From Lytechinus pictus (taxonomy: Eukaryota): a DNA stretch of 64,000 nucleotides. Position 1 is the stretch's first letter; each line of letters opens with the position of its first letter. A program made the translations under genes and the position numbers. The DNA lies in NCBI RefSeq assembly GCF_037042905.1, contig NC_087251.1, forward strand, positions 20,338,001 to 20,402,000, given 5' to 3'. Below the pieces are notes generated by a model. That model did not search any database. It saw only the letters and a program-made list of their open reading frames with translations, and was not told where the DNA came from. This document shows, in pieces, positions 13,487 through 27,095 of the stretch.

Positions 13487-14011
13487 AGCTATCTTGCCCA
13501 CGATCAATTATAAGAATTCTAACAAATAATAGCTAAAATATTGCAAAATAAAACAGATTATAATTACTTTTTTATATCATATCTATTTATCTGTCTGTCT
13601 ATCTACCTACATGACATATCTATCTCTCTGTCTAATATATATCTTTCTGTTTGAATACGTCCCTCTCTCTCTATCTATCCATATGTCTGTCTGTCTATCT
13701 ACCTATATTGTATATCTATCTGTCTGTTTATCTCTCTCTCTCTCTCTCTGTCTAATATATATGTATCTATCTGTTTAGATATGTCTATCTATCTATCCAT
13801 CCATCTGCCTGTCTCTATCTATCTATCTATCTATCTATATATCTATCTATCTATCTGTCTGTCTGTCTCTCTATCTATCTATCTATCTGTCTATCTATCT
13901 ATCTATCTATCTATATGTCTGTCTCTCTATTCATCTATATGTCTGTCTCTCTATCTATCTCTGTCTCGATCTCTATCAATCTATATGTCTGTCTCTGTAT
14001 CTATCTATATG

Positions 14012-14044
<33 letters not shown>

Positions 14045-16125
14045 ATATCTATCTATATGTCTGTCTCTCTATCTATCTATATTTCTGTCTCTCTGTCTAT
14101 CTATATGTTTGTCTATCTATATGTCTGTCTATCTATCCATGAAGCTATCACGAGAAGGAGAACCATCTTCCAATTTCTCTCTTAATCCTTTGTTATCGCT
14201 TCCTTCGGGCGAAGGAACGATATCTAACATCAATTGGCGAGCCGCCAGGCGAAAGTTAGAGCCCGCTTACATAACGCGATAGGACCACGCAGCATGAAGC
14301 TATTACGAGATAGCTCGTAATAGCTTCATGATATGTCTGTCTCTCTATCTATATATATGTCTGTCTATCTATCTGTCTATCTATCTATCTGTCTGTCTCT
14401 CTTTCTATCTATATGTTTATATATGTTTTATTAATATAACCACCAATCATCTCTCTATCTATCTATATATCTATATATCTATCAATCTATCTCTCTATCT
14501 ATAAGTCTGTCTCTCTATCTATCTATATGTCTGTCTCTCTATCTATATGTCTGTCTCTCTATATCTATCTATATATGTCTATGTTTTATTAATATAACCA
14601 CCTATAATTTATCTCTCCATCCATCACTCCATCCATCTAATATAATTATCTTTCTTGTATGTATCTGTTTGATTATGTAAATCTGTTTGTCTATCTATTT
14701 TTCAATCTAATATCTGTTTAAATATTTTTTTCCTGTTTATCTATCTATACGACAGACCACCTAATTCGTCCGCATGACGAATTAAAATCTAGTTTATTTC
14801 TTATTTTTATTTCCTCCATTTCTTGTGGACAGCAAATCTCAGAAAGTTCATATTCAATAATCATCAAAATATCACCACATATCAACATCAATAAGACCTC
14901 AATTCTGCAAGAATCTTAATGTCATGACGTCATCATGACGTCATCTAGACGCCATTTTGTAAAATCACATTATCAATCATATCTCCATTATCAATTATCA
15001 AAAATAAATCAAATTCACATGACATAAACTTCAGATCAAGGGTCATCAGGTCATGTCATCAAAGGTCACCTGAAGGTCACGACGCGCGCGTACGCGCGCG
15101 TCAAAATTTTAAAATGCTAAAAATCACTTTTTGACCAAAACAGAGTACGTTTTAGGTCATTTTAAGCATTTCAAAAAATTGCGCGCGCAAACGTATGCGC
15201 GCGCGTTTCCGCGCGTAACGCCTCAATGCAACTCAGAAACACCGTTTTTTTTTATTTCATTGCATTGATCATATAATTTTGAGCAATTTGATACCTTGAT
15301 CAACCTTCTACGACCATTAATAAGGAAATTAACACCCGTTAAAGTTTGCAGCACGTGTGCGCGCGAGCTCTCACTATAGGCCATATATGGGCAAAAACAT
15401 GCCTATAGAAAATCCGCTGTAGCTCTTCAGAACGCATGGGGACCCCCAATTTTTTTTTCATATTTTGATAGAGTATGAACTAGAGATATAATTTCATGTC
15501 TCATTTGACCCTCAATTATATTATGACGTCATCAAAATGGCGTCGGAATTCAAAAAATCCATTTTGCCTATTATGACGTCATTATAATTATGCAAATCTT
15601 GCTCTAACTCCGTGAATATTGGTCAATTTTCACCCAATTTTTGATATGTTGTAGCTTAGTTCTTACTCTTTCTGAATTATTGCCTTTATTTTTCATTTTG
15701 ATAGAAAAATCATCCTCAAAAATTGCAAATAATAATGGCATGTCATTTTTACTCATTTTGCGTGTAATCTCTATGGGACATTACTTTTTCTCAAAACTAG
15801 ATTCTACATTCTTCTATTTCGTAAGCCATATCTCCAATTTTTGTTGCTAGTTATCCCTGAGCTTTTAGTATGTTGTAGCTGAGATTCTAAGCTTTCGGTT
15901 GCGTATCCTTCATTTTCCGATCAGATGTCGGGATCATGCCCGTAATTCACTTGCAAGATTGGATTTGAGATTCTGGTGTTTTGCTTACGTGTTAAGTCTA
16001 TGGGAAATATTCTAGCTCAATCGGTTAGGCGTCAGACTTACTTCTCATTCCATCATGCAGGCAGGGGTTCGAGTCCGCGGGTGAACATGATTTTTTTTTT
16101 TTTTTTTTTTTTTTTAGCTATCTTG

Positions 16126-16786
16126 TACGAAAGACCATTAGTGCCACGGAGAAAAAAAAACACTATTTCTACTAATCTGTTATAACAGATTACGGTATTT
16201 CTACTAATCTGTTTAAACAGATTATAATCTGTTATAACAGATTACGGTATTTCTACTAATCTGTTATAACAGATTACGGTATTTCTACTAATCTGTTATA
16301 ACAGATTATAATCTGTTTAAACAGATTAGTAGAAATACCGTAATCTGTTATAACAGATTAGTAGAAATACCGTAATCTGTTATAACAGATTATAATCTGA
16401 TTATAATCTGTTTAAACAGATTAGTAGAAATACCGTAATCTGTTATAACAGATTAGTAGAAATACCGTAATCTGTTATAACAGATTATAATCTGTTTAAA
16501 CAGATTAGTAGAAATACCGTAATCTGTTATAACAGATTAGTAGAAATACCGTAATCTGTTATAACAGATTATAATCTGTTTAAACAGATTAGTAGAAATA
16601 CTGTAATCTGTTATAACAGATTAGTAGAAATACCGTAATCTGTTATAACAGATTAGTAGAAATACCGTAATCTGTTATAACAGATTATAATCTGTTTAAA
16701 CAGATTAGTAGAAATACCGTAATCTGTTATAACAGATTAGTAGAAATAGTGTTTTTTTTTCTCCGTGGCACTAATGGTCTTTCGTA
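16126..16786. mobile_element. 661-bp foldback non-autonomous DNA transposon, IS3EU-like (TAC..GTA termini, 6-bp TSD)
   Basis: TIR TACGAAAGACCATTAGTGCCACGGAG / CTCCGTGGCACTAATGGTCTTTCGTA. TSD ATCTTG at 16120-16125 and 16787-16792. The empty site is seen in the eight sibling units. The interior is a ~32-bp minisatellite that flips orientation near 16315. Confidence 0.85.
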
Positions 16787-17179
16787 ATCTTGCCCACGAT
16801 CAATTATAAGAATTCTAACAAATAATAGCTAAAATATTGCAAAATAAAACAGATTATAATTACTTTTTTATATCATATCTATTTATCTGTCTGTCTATCT
16901 ACCTACATGACATATCTATCTCTCTGTCTAATATATATCTTTCTGTTTCAATACGTCCCTCTCTCTCTATCTATCCATATGTCTGTCTGTCTATCTACCT
17001 ACATTGTATATCTATCTGTCTGTTTATCTCTCTCTCTCTCTCTGTCTAATATATATGTATCTATCTGTTTAGATATGTCTATCTATCTATCCATCCATCT
17101 GCCTGTCTCTATCTATCTATCTATCTATGTATCTATCTATCTATCTGTCTGTCTGTCTCTCTATCTATCTATCTATCTG

Positions 17180-17216
<37 letters not shown>

Positions 17217-17313
17217 ATGTCTGTCTCTCTATTCATCTATATGTCTGTCTCTCTATCTATCTCTGTCTCGATCTCTATCAATCTATATGTCTGTCTCTGT
17301 ATCTATCTATATG

Positions 17314-17346
<33 letters not shown>

Positions 17347-20300
17347 ATATCTATCTATATGTCTGTCTCTCTATCTATCTATATTTCTGTCTCTCTGTCT
17401 ATCTATATGTTTGTCTATCTATATGTCTGTCTATATATCCATGAAGCTATCACGAGAAGGAGAACCATCTTCCAATTTCTCTCTTAATCCTTTGTTATCG
17501 CTTCCTTCGGGCGAAGGAACGATATCTAACATCAATTGGCGAGCCGCCAGGCGAAAGTTAGAGCCCGCTTACATAACGCGATAGGACCACGCAGCATGAA
17601 GCTATTACGAGATAGCTCGTAATAGCTTCATGATATGTCTGTCTCTCTATCTATAAATATGTCTGTCTATCTATCTGTCTATCTATCTATCTGTCTGTCT
17701 CTCTTTCTATCTATATGTTTATATATGTTTTATTAATATAACCACCAATCATCTCTCTATCTATCTATATATCTATATATCTATCAATCTATCTCTCTAT
17801 CTCTAAGTCTGTCTCTCTATCTATCTATATGTCTGTCTCTCTATCTATATGTCTGTCTCTCTATATCTATCTATATATGTCTATGTTTTATTAATATAAC
17901 CACCTATAATTTATCTCTCCATCCATCACTCCATCCATCTAATATAATTATCTTTCTTGTATGTATCTGTTTGATTATGTAAATCTGTTTGTCTATCTAT
18001 TTTTCAATCTAATATCTGTTTAAATATTTTTTTCCTGTTTATCTATCTATACGACAGACCACCTAATTCGTCCGCATGACGAATTAAAATCTAGTTTTTA
18101 TTTCTTATTTTTATTTCCTCCATTTCTTGTGGACAGCAAATCTCAGAAAGTTCATATTCAATAATCATCAAAATATCAGCACATATTAACATCAATAAGA
18201 CCTCAATTCTGCAAGAATCTTAATGTCATGACGTCATCATGACGTCATCTAGACGCCATTTTGTAAAATCACATTATCAATCATATCTCCATTATCAATT
18301 ATCAAAAATAAATCAAATTCACATGACATAAACTTCAGATCAAGGGTCATCAGGTCATGTCATCAAAGGTCACCTGAAGGTCACGACGCGCGCGTACGCG
18401 CGCGTCAAAATTTTAAAATGCTAAAAATCACTTTTTGACCAAAACAGAGTACGTTTTAGGTCATTTTAAGCATTTCAAAAAATTGCGCGCGCAAACGTAT
18501 GCGCGCGCGTTTCCGCGCGTAACGCCTTGAATGCAACTCAGAAACACCGTTTTTTTTATTTCATTGCATTGATCATATAATTTTGAGCAATTTGATACCT
18601 TGATCAACCTTCTACGACCATTAATAAGGAAATTAACACCCGTTAAAGTTTGCAGCACGTGTGCGCGCGAGCTCTCACTATAGGCCATATATGGGCAAAA
18701 ACATGCCTATAGAAAATCCGCTGTAGCTCTTCAGAACGCGTGGGGACCCCCAATTTTTTTTTCATATTTTGATAGAGTATGAACTAGAGATATAATTTCA
18801 TGTCTCATTTGACCCTCAAATATATTATGACGTCATCAAAATGGCGTCGGAATTCAAAAAATCCATTTTGCCTATTATGACGTCATTATAATTATGCAAA
18901 TCTTGCTCTAACTCCGTGAATATTGGTCAATTTTCACCCAATTTTTGATATGTTGTAGCTTAGTTCTTACTCTTTCTGAGTTATTGCCTTTATTTTTCAT
19001 TTTGATAGACAAATCATCCTCAAAAATTGCAAATAATAATGGCATGTCATTTTTACTCATTTTGCGTGTAATCTCTATGGGACATGACTTTTTCTCAAAA
19101 CTAGATTCTACATTCTTCTATTTCGTAAGCCATATCTCCAATTTTTGTTGCTAGTTATCCCTGAGCTTTTAGTATGTTGTAGCTGAGATTCTAAGCTTTC
19201 GGTTGCGTTTCCTTCATTTTCCGATCAGATGTCGAGATCATGCCCGTAATTCACTTGCAAGATTGGATTTGAGATTCTGGTGTTTTGCTTACGTGTTAAG
19301 TCTATGGCAAATATTCTAGCTCAATCGGTTAGGCGTCAGACTTACTTCTCATTCCATCATGCAGGCAGGGGTTCGAGTCCGCGGGTGAACATGATTTTTT
19401 TTTTTTTTTTTTTTTTTTAGCTATCTTGCCCACGATCAATTATAAGAATTCTAACAAATAATAGCTAAAATATTGCAAAATAAAACAGATTATAATTACT
19501 TTTTTATATCATATCTATTTATCTGTCTGTCTATCTACCTACATGACATATCTATCTCTCTGTCTAATATATATCTTTCTGTTTGAATACGTCCCTCTCT
19601 CTCTATCTATCCATATGTCTGTCTGTCTATCTACCTACATTGTATATCTATCTGTCTGTTTATCTCTCTCTCTCTCTCTCTGTCTAATATATATGTATCT
19701 ATCTGTTTAGATATGTCTATCTATCTATCCATCCATCTGCCTGTCTCTATCTATCTATCTATCTATATATCTATCTATCTATCTGTCTGTCTGTCTCTCT
19801 ATCTATCTATCTATCTGTCTATCTATATATCTATCAATCTATCTCTCTATCTATAAGTCTGTCTCTCTATCTATCTATATGTCTGTCTCTCTATCTATAT
19901 GTCTGTCTCTCTATATCTATCTTTATATGTCTATGTTTTATTAATATAACCACCTATAATTTATCTCTCCATCCATCACTCCATCCATCTAATATAATTA
20001 TCTTTCTTGTATGTATCTGTTTGATTATGTAAATCTGTTTGTCTATCTATTTTTCAATCTAATATCTGTTTAAATATTTTTTTCCTGTTTATCTATCTAT
20101 ACGACAGACCACCTAATTCGTCCGCATGACGAATTAAAATCTAGTTTATTTTTATTTCTTATTTTTATTTCCTCCATTTCTTGTGGACAGCAAATCTCAG
20201 AAAGTTGATATTCAATAATCATCAAAATATCACCACATATCAACATCAATAAGACCTCAATTCTGCAAGAATCTTAATGTCATGACGTCATCATGACGTC

Positions 20301-22619
20301 ATCTAGACGCCATTTTGTAAAATCACATTATCAATCATATCTCCATTATCAATTATCAAAAATCAATCAAATTCACATGACATAAACTTCAGATCAAGGG
20401 TCATCAGGTCATGTCATCAAAGGTCACCTGAAGGTCACGACGCGCGCGTACGCGCGCGTCAAAATTTTAAAATGCTCAAAATCACTTTTTGACCAAAACA
20501 GAGTACGTTTTAGGTCATTTTAAGCATTTTAAAAAATTGCGCGCGCAAACGTATGCGCGCGCGTTTCCGCGCGTAACGCCTCAATGCAACTCAGAAACAC
20601 CGTTTTTTTTTATTTCATCGCATTGATCATATAATTTTGAGCAATTTGATACCTTGATCAACCTTCTACGACCATTAATAAGGAAATTAACACCCGTTAA
20701 AGTTTGCAGCACGTGTGCGCGCGAGCTCTCACTATAGGCCATATATGGGCAAAAACATGCCTATAGAAAATCCGCTGTAGCTCTTCAGAACGCATGGGGA
20801 CCCCCAATTTTTTTTTCATATTTTGATAGAGTATGAACTAGAGATATAATTTCATGTCTCATTTGACCCTCAATTATATTATGACGTCATCAAAATGGCG
20901 TCGGAAGTCAAAAAATCCATTTTGCCTATTATGACGTCATTATAATTATGCAAATCTTGCTCTAACTCCGTGAATATCGGTCAATTTTCACCCAATTTTT
21001 GATATGTTGTAGCTTAGTTCTTACTCTTTCTGAGTTATTGCCTTTATTTTTCATTTTGATAGACAAATCATCCTCAAAAATTGCAAATAATAATGGCATG
21101 TCATTTTTACTCATTTTGCGTGTAATCTCTATGGGACATGACTTTTTCTCAAAACTAGATTCTACATTCTTCTATTTCGTAAGCCATATCTCCAATTTTT
21201 GTCGCTAGTTATCCCTGAGCTTTTAGTATGGTGTAGCTGAGATTCTAAGCTTTCGGTTGCGTTTCCTTCATTTTCCGATCAGATGTCGGGATCATGCCCG
21301 TAATTCACTTGCAAGATTGGATTTGAGATTCTGGTGTTTTGCTTACGTGTTAAGTCTATGGGAAATATTCTAGCTCAATCGGTTAGGCGTCAGACTTACT
21401 TCTCATTCCATCATGCAGGCAGGGGTTCGAGTCCGCGGGTGAACATGATTTTTTTTTTTTTTTTTTTTTTTTTAGCTATCTTGCCCACGATCAATTATAA
21501 GAATTCTAACAAATAATAGCTAAAATATTGCAAAATAAAACAGATTATAATTACTTTTTTATATCATATCTATTTATCTGTCTGTCTATCTACCTACATG
21601 ACATATCTATCTCTCTTCCAAGTGTATGCATTCTGATCATGATTCCTCTTTCATCCTTCGGTCCACCTCATGTATTTTTACATGACTATAACCCGTCTCT
21701 CTCTCTCCTTCTCTATATCTATATTTTCATTAGATTTCATTATGATCATGATTTTGATCATAATCATTTCTCAGTATTTTGTTCATCAGTTAAGTTATCA
21801 CTTCAGTTCAGGTCACAGTTCAATCTATCAGTTCATCAGTAATTCATTCATCAGTTTAGCTCATCAATTCAGTTCATTTCACATCAGTTCAATCTATCAG
21901 TTCATCAGTACTTCATTCATCAATTCATATCTTAATACATCATTTTACATTAACATTATATTGGATCATTGAATTGAAAATGAGCATGATCATAAAAATT
22001 GAAGACAGACCACCTAATTCGTCCTCATGACGAATTAAATTTCTAGTTATTATTAAAATACATAGAGGGTTGGGGGCTCAGTTAAGTAAGTTTTTTTTTT
22101 TAGATATAAAAGTATCATTTTAAGGAATTTCATTCCGTCCTTATTTTCTTCAGTTTTTGGTAAATTATATATGTATTTTTTTTTTGCATATCCTTGTGGA
22201 TATAAAATGAAGATTTGTAATTTTTTGTATTTATCTGGAGTTTATGTAATTCATTTGAATGAAATTCTTAATAAAAACATGTTGAAAAAAAAGAAAAAAG
22301 TGTGTTCGTGTGAGGGTGCGTGTGTGTGTCTGAAAGAACAATGGAAAACTCAATTGTGTCTCCCACCTTTGAGGAGAGATTTCAGCACCCCCACTGAAAA
22401 AATCGTTCCCAGGGCCCTGACCAAGCAATTCGGCTGCGATTGTCTCTGACATTTAGGCCTAGATTCTGAGAGATTGAAATAGAAAATGATTAGGACATGC
22501 CTCCCCTTCCCCTCCCCCTTAAAGGCTATCAAAATGACCCCGCCCCTCAAATCTACCGCGGATCGAACTCCACTACAAGAGCAATCAACCAGGATTCACT
22601 TCCTCTACTAATCTGCTCA

Positions 22620-22656
22620 GTTTAGACATGGAGCTATAATAGCTCCATGGTTTAGA
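22620..22656. other. 23-bp palindrome with 7-bp direct repeats; candidate P-like excision footprint
   Basis: GTTTAGA-CATGGAGCTATAATAGCTCCATG-GTTTAGA. Confidence 0.6.
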
Positions 22657-24290
22657 GGTCACGTTTGTGCTTTTGGACTTCCTTCATCGATAAAGCCTGT
22701 TCACGGTTGTAAACTGTGCACGAGCAGAAAAAGGTCATTTGAGATAAACCATGAAGGTGGCTTTCAAATTCACTGACATAGGCATTTGTGATTTGATGAT
22801 TATTCATGTATTCCTTTCAAAATATTCATTTTATCACATCCAAGCTGAAGAGTAATAAATAGATCGAGCCTTCATAATCACTGGTATTTGACAGTACCTT
22901 AAACAATAGTCAAATGTGCCAAAGGCAGACAATAAAACAGATTTCCAAACTTTATCCCTGATGTACTATTCTAGGCACCTGGTCTATGTAATGCCTTTTG
23001 TTCTTAGAATGTGAATACTCTACCGGTAAAGCTTACGCAACATCTACATTTGAAAATGATAGTGCTTATCCTAATGAAAAATCACAAACGTCATTTGAGA
23101 AAAGTTGATCATGAGCTAACGGCAGACACTCCATGATCACACCATCGGTCCCAGGGCATCGGTCACAACAAGCCAACGAGCCTACTTCCTGGTACATATC
23201 GCAGCAAACGTCAATTATTCTTGTATGAAAAGGGTCAGTAACATATTGCCTTGGTATCAATTTGAAATGCTTATTGTATCACTTTAACTTAGATAACTCT
23301 CAGAATTTATCTTACATACGCAAGCTCGAATAGCTCCGACATGACTTATAATTGATTTTAGGCCTATGCGTTGTGAAAACGCCTTCTGAAACTCGTAATC
23401 ATTCGTGCGTGTGCCGATAATCCACGAAACGACGAAATAAAAAGCGGAGTTTATAATAGCAGATAGGTAAACATGTACAAAGTACATTATTCCAAGTAAA
23501 CACCATAACAAGGGCGCAGAGAGCTGGTCGTTGTATTATTGGCATGTACATGTACATGATGTATCTGTGTAGATAATACTAGCTCTTGTGTAAAAAAGGA
23601 TATAAATTCTTCTCTTCTCTCTGTCAAAGAAAAGTGGCCTTCTTTACCATTGCTTTACTGCTCGTCAAAGACAGGTAGGCCTATGTCATTGAGGTTGTGC
23701 TTTCTTATGTGCGTTGTAATTACTTCATTTTCATATTATAATATGCTTTAATATACCAGAAATGAAAGATTGGAAATGGTCACGAAAAGTGAAAAAAAAA
23801 CTACGTGAAGGAATAGACAAAGCACTAAAAGTTCGCTGCACTCTCAATATATGGTGAAGGAGCGTCATTGTAAATAAATTGCATTGTTTTTATTCAAGCA
23901 AAATTTTGCAATTATATGAATTTCTTCGGGTAAAAATCGTGCTCATGACCTTAATTTACCATAAATAAAAGATGTAGGTTGGCTGGCAACTTGTCTTAAA
24001 TGTCAGAGGGCATCGCAGTTAGGGAATCGTCATAAAATAATACTACTTTGATAATAATGACATTAGTAGTAATGATCCGGTTATCAGGTGAGCACAATAG
24101 GCTTAAAAGTACAGGATAATTATGCGTTTAAAGATTCTTAGAAACCCAGTTACCGCGTTCAATCAGTCTTGCATGCGTTTGAAAATGAAATGACTGGAAA
24201 AAATATTTGAGACATAAAAACGACTGATGTAATATGTCCTAAATGTAGCTGTAAATGGAACCTCAAAACCAAGGCAAAGAGTTTGCTGTA

Positions 24291-24321
<31 letters not shown>

Positions 24322-24663
24322 ACAAAAAAAGTAAGTCCCCCCTAAATCAAATTGATGTAACTTTTGAACGGAATTATTTTGAGATATTATATTTCGTAGG
24401 TGGTTTTCTACACTCATTAAGCAACCTCTGGGGAAAAATGAGATTGATCGGTTGAGTCATGCATGAGTAATTAAAGATTGAATTAAAAATGACAATTTTT
24501 TAAAGTCACAAGAGTCGTTTTTCAGATTGTGCAAATACAAAGCTGGGCAAAAGTTGTTTTTAGGTGCATTTTACGGTGTTAATGCTGTTTTACTATCCAT
24601 CATTTAGCCACTTCACACACAATTTTGATATCGTATGTTCATGGTTGAGTGAGCACAATAATG

Positions 24664-24798
24664 CAGGGGCCGCGGGGGGGCTCAGCCCCCACTTTTTTCC
24701 AAAAGCATGTACAAAAATGTAAAAATGACCATACGATTGTGATTTTTTGCATGGTCAGCCCCCCCCCCCCCACTTTGAAAACCGTTCCGCGGCCCCTG
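24664..24798. mobile_element. 135-bp MITE, CAGGGG-ended (hAT-like)
   Basis: TIR CAGGGGCCGCGG / CCGCGGCCCCTG. The TSD is not clean. Confidence 0.6.
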
Positions 24799-26340
24799 TA
24801 TAGTGACGTATCATCAAAGGGGTTTATGGTAGTATCCTCTACAACTTGTTAGATCATGTTACAATTTGAAAATATTGGTGGCTCCCCCGATTATAGGCCC
24901 CTCCCCCATTTTAAAATTCTGCATCCACTACTGATTTGTCCATAAATTAAACTGATCATGAGAATTTGTAAGAAAAAAATACATTTATGCAGTATAAAGA
25001 GTATTCATTCCTAAGTTTTCGAATGTGCTCGCTCAACCATGAAAATTTTAAAACTTCGGAAAGTGTGTGGTGATAGAAATGATGGATGATAAAAACAACA
25101 GTAATTAAAGTCACATTTGAAACCGAATTTGCCCCCAATATTCACTTTATTACCATTTAAAATGGGTCTGTGACGTTGAAAATACCCAATTTCCCACTTT
25201 GATGTGTGCTCACTCATCCATAAATAAACAAATCGATTTCATTTTGGCACAGAATTCTGCCCATAGGTTGATAAACATTACTGCCAAATGACATTGCTAA
25301 AGACAGCCTTGAAAAAAAGTTCCACCACATTGAATAGGGGGTTACTTATTCTTAAACATATGCACCCATAATGTACACAAGTCTATGAGAGAGGAAGTCA
25401 ACATTTTAACAAATATGAAATGAGGGTTTGTTTCATGGACGGTTTTTGTTACTTCTGCCAACAGTTATTTCATGAAACTTCGCACATGGCTTCAGTGTAA
25501 CACTATCCAAAATGTGCGCACACCAACATAACCATTTGATACGGCACAGAGTGGGGCCAGGGCCTTGAACTTTCTTCTCATTTGCATAATTTTCGAATAT
25601 TGTGTGCTCACTGATGCATTAAACATCGGGATTTTCATAAAAATCAAATCAAATGAACCATGCAAGGAGGTTTGTGATAGATATCCATAGTTACAAATTG
25701 CATTTTTTCCAATAACGTAAAAAAGAGCTAATCACATTCCACATGTTCATTCAAGCGTGAATGTTTAATTAAACGCCTTTGAATCATTGAAGCATGTTAA
25801 TTGGTCATGAACATAACGAAAAAGTTGAGAAAAGATCATTTTCAGTTACCAAAATGAAACAATACTTGCCTATGGTATTTGAAAATCGTATCTTTTGTTT
25901 TCAATAAATGTTCATTGAACCGTGAAACAATGAATATTGTTGAAGATACTCTTCCCCAAAATAACTGTCATCATATTCTATCATTTTTATTGATAGAAAT
26001 GTGTAAAAATCCAATTATAGCAAATTTGGACTTGTGTTCATTCAACCGTGAAATTTAGCCAGAAAAGTTGTATCGTCTTTTAGAAAGTACCTTTTACAAG
26101 CCTGACTATTTTTCATGATGAGAATGTGGAATTAGTTCCTATAAAAATGGAATCAAAGTCATGATATTTGGCTTGTGACTTTTGAAAAGTGACATTTTTG
26201 CCTTCTGACGGTGCTCACTGAAGCATGACGTAAAATACGTCCATAACATTTACTCAGAGGGTAGCCTATAAAATTACCTAAACGCTCATGTAAAAATATA
26301 TTAAAAACTCGCATTGGTTCGGAAATTATTGATGTTTGTT

Positions 26341-26859
26341 TGCCCCTTCATCACAATGCTTTGTCACCAGGAGCTGAAAAATATTTAGGTGGCATTTCCC
26401 CCCCCCCCCCGCAAAAAAAAAAAAGAATCTTCATATTTTAGACAAATTACAAATAAAAACTTTACCAAAACATTTCATATTTGTGCTGGTTCTCAACACA
26501 AACATTTCACATCACACTTTTTTGTTCAGTGGTGACATAGCATGATAAAAATTGTAATATAAATCACAGATTTGACATTTCTATATTTCTATGAAACGAT
26601 GTTTGAAAATATAAATAATAGAATACATTTGGCACAAATTTTACTTTTTTTCTTCAAAGAAAATTCCACCTGGAATGTACTTCAATCCCAACAGCATCCC
26701 AATTACGTGAAAGAGCCTGATAACGCTCTTTCATTTGATACCGAATTTGTCATGGTAGTATTTATATTTGTGAAGATATAGTAAATTTTACAATGTTTGG
26801 CAAGCGAACAAATTTCACTGAATTCCATGGGTGTATGTAAACTTTTGGCCTCAACTGTA
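26341..26859. mobile_element. Tc1/mariner-like non-autonomous element, right part
   Basis: Ends in GGGTGTATGTAAACTTTTGGCCTCAACTG+TA, the reverse complement of a Tc1-type TIR CAGTTGAGGCCAAAAGTTTACATACACCC. The interior matches 60527-60690. Confidence 0.7.
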
Positions 26860-26876
26860 CACACACACACACACAC

Positions 26877-26950
<74 letters not shown>
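26860..26950. repeat. (CA)n-(TA)n microsatellite
   Basis: Direct reading of the sequence. Confidence 0.95.
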
Positions 26951-26955
<5 letters not shown>

Positions 26956-27095
26956 TATAGATATATCAGAGACAAAACAAAAAGTACAAAGAGTGGCAAT
27001 GCATTTAGTTCCGACAAAAACTTTAAGTTCCACGTATTATCCAAAAATTTCGACGCAAATAACCTCGCATCTTCGTCAGGGATACAAAACTCACA

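Larger units (their letters stand above)
1..22047 (+). mobile_element. Array of nine non-autonomous Helentron/HINE-like rolling-circle elements (first copy runs off the window start)
   Basis: The landmark AATTTCATGTCTCATTTGACC recurs at 1, 2838, 5473, 8219, 10861, 12859, 15490, 18794 and 20848. The 5' subTIR TTAGGTGGTCTGTC is the reverse complement of the 3' subTIR GACAGACCACCTAA. The 3' subTIR overlaps the hairpin AATTCGTC-N5-GACGAATT, which is followed by CTAG(T). Junctions are T-rich, there are internal TCTA/TCTG microsatellites, and there is no credible ORF. Confidence 0.85.

Noticed and set aside
24317..25355. Possible older TIR element (AAGTAAGTCCCCCT ... AGGGGGTTACTTATT)
   Set aside because: The termini are degenerate and no TSD is identifiable, so the boundaries are unsupported.
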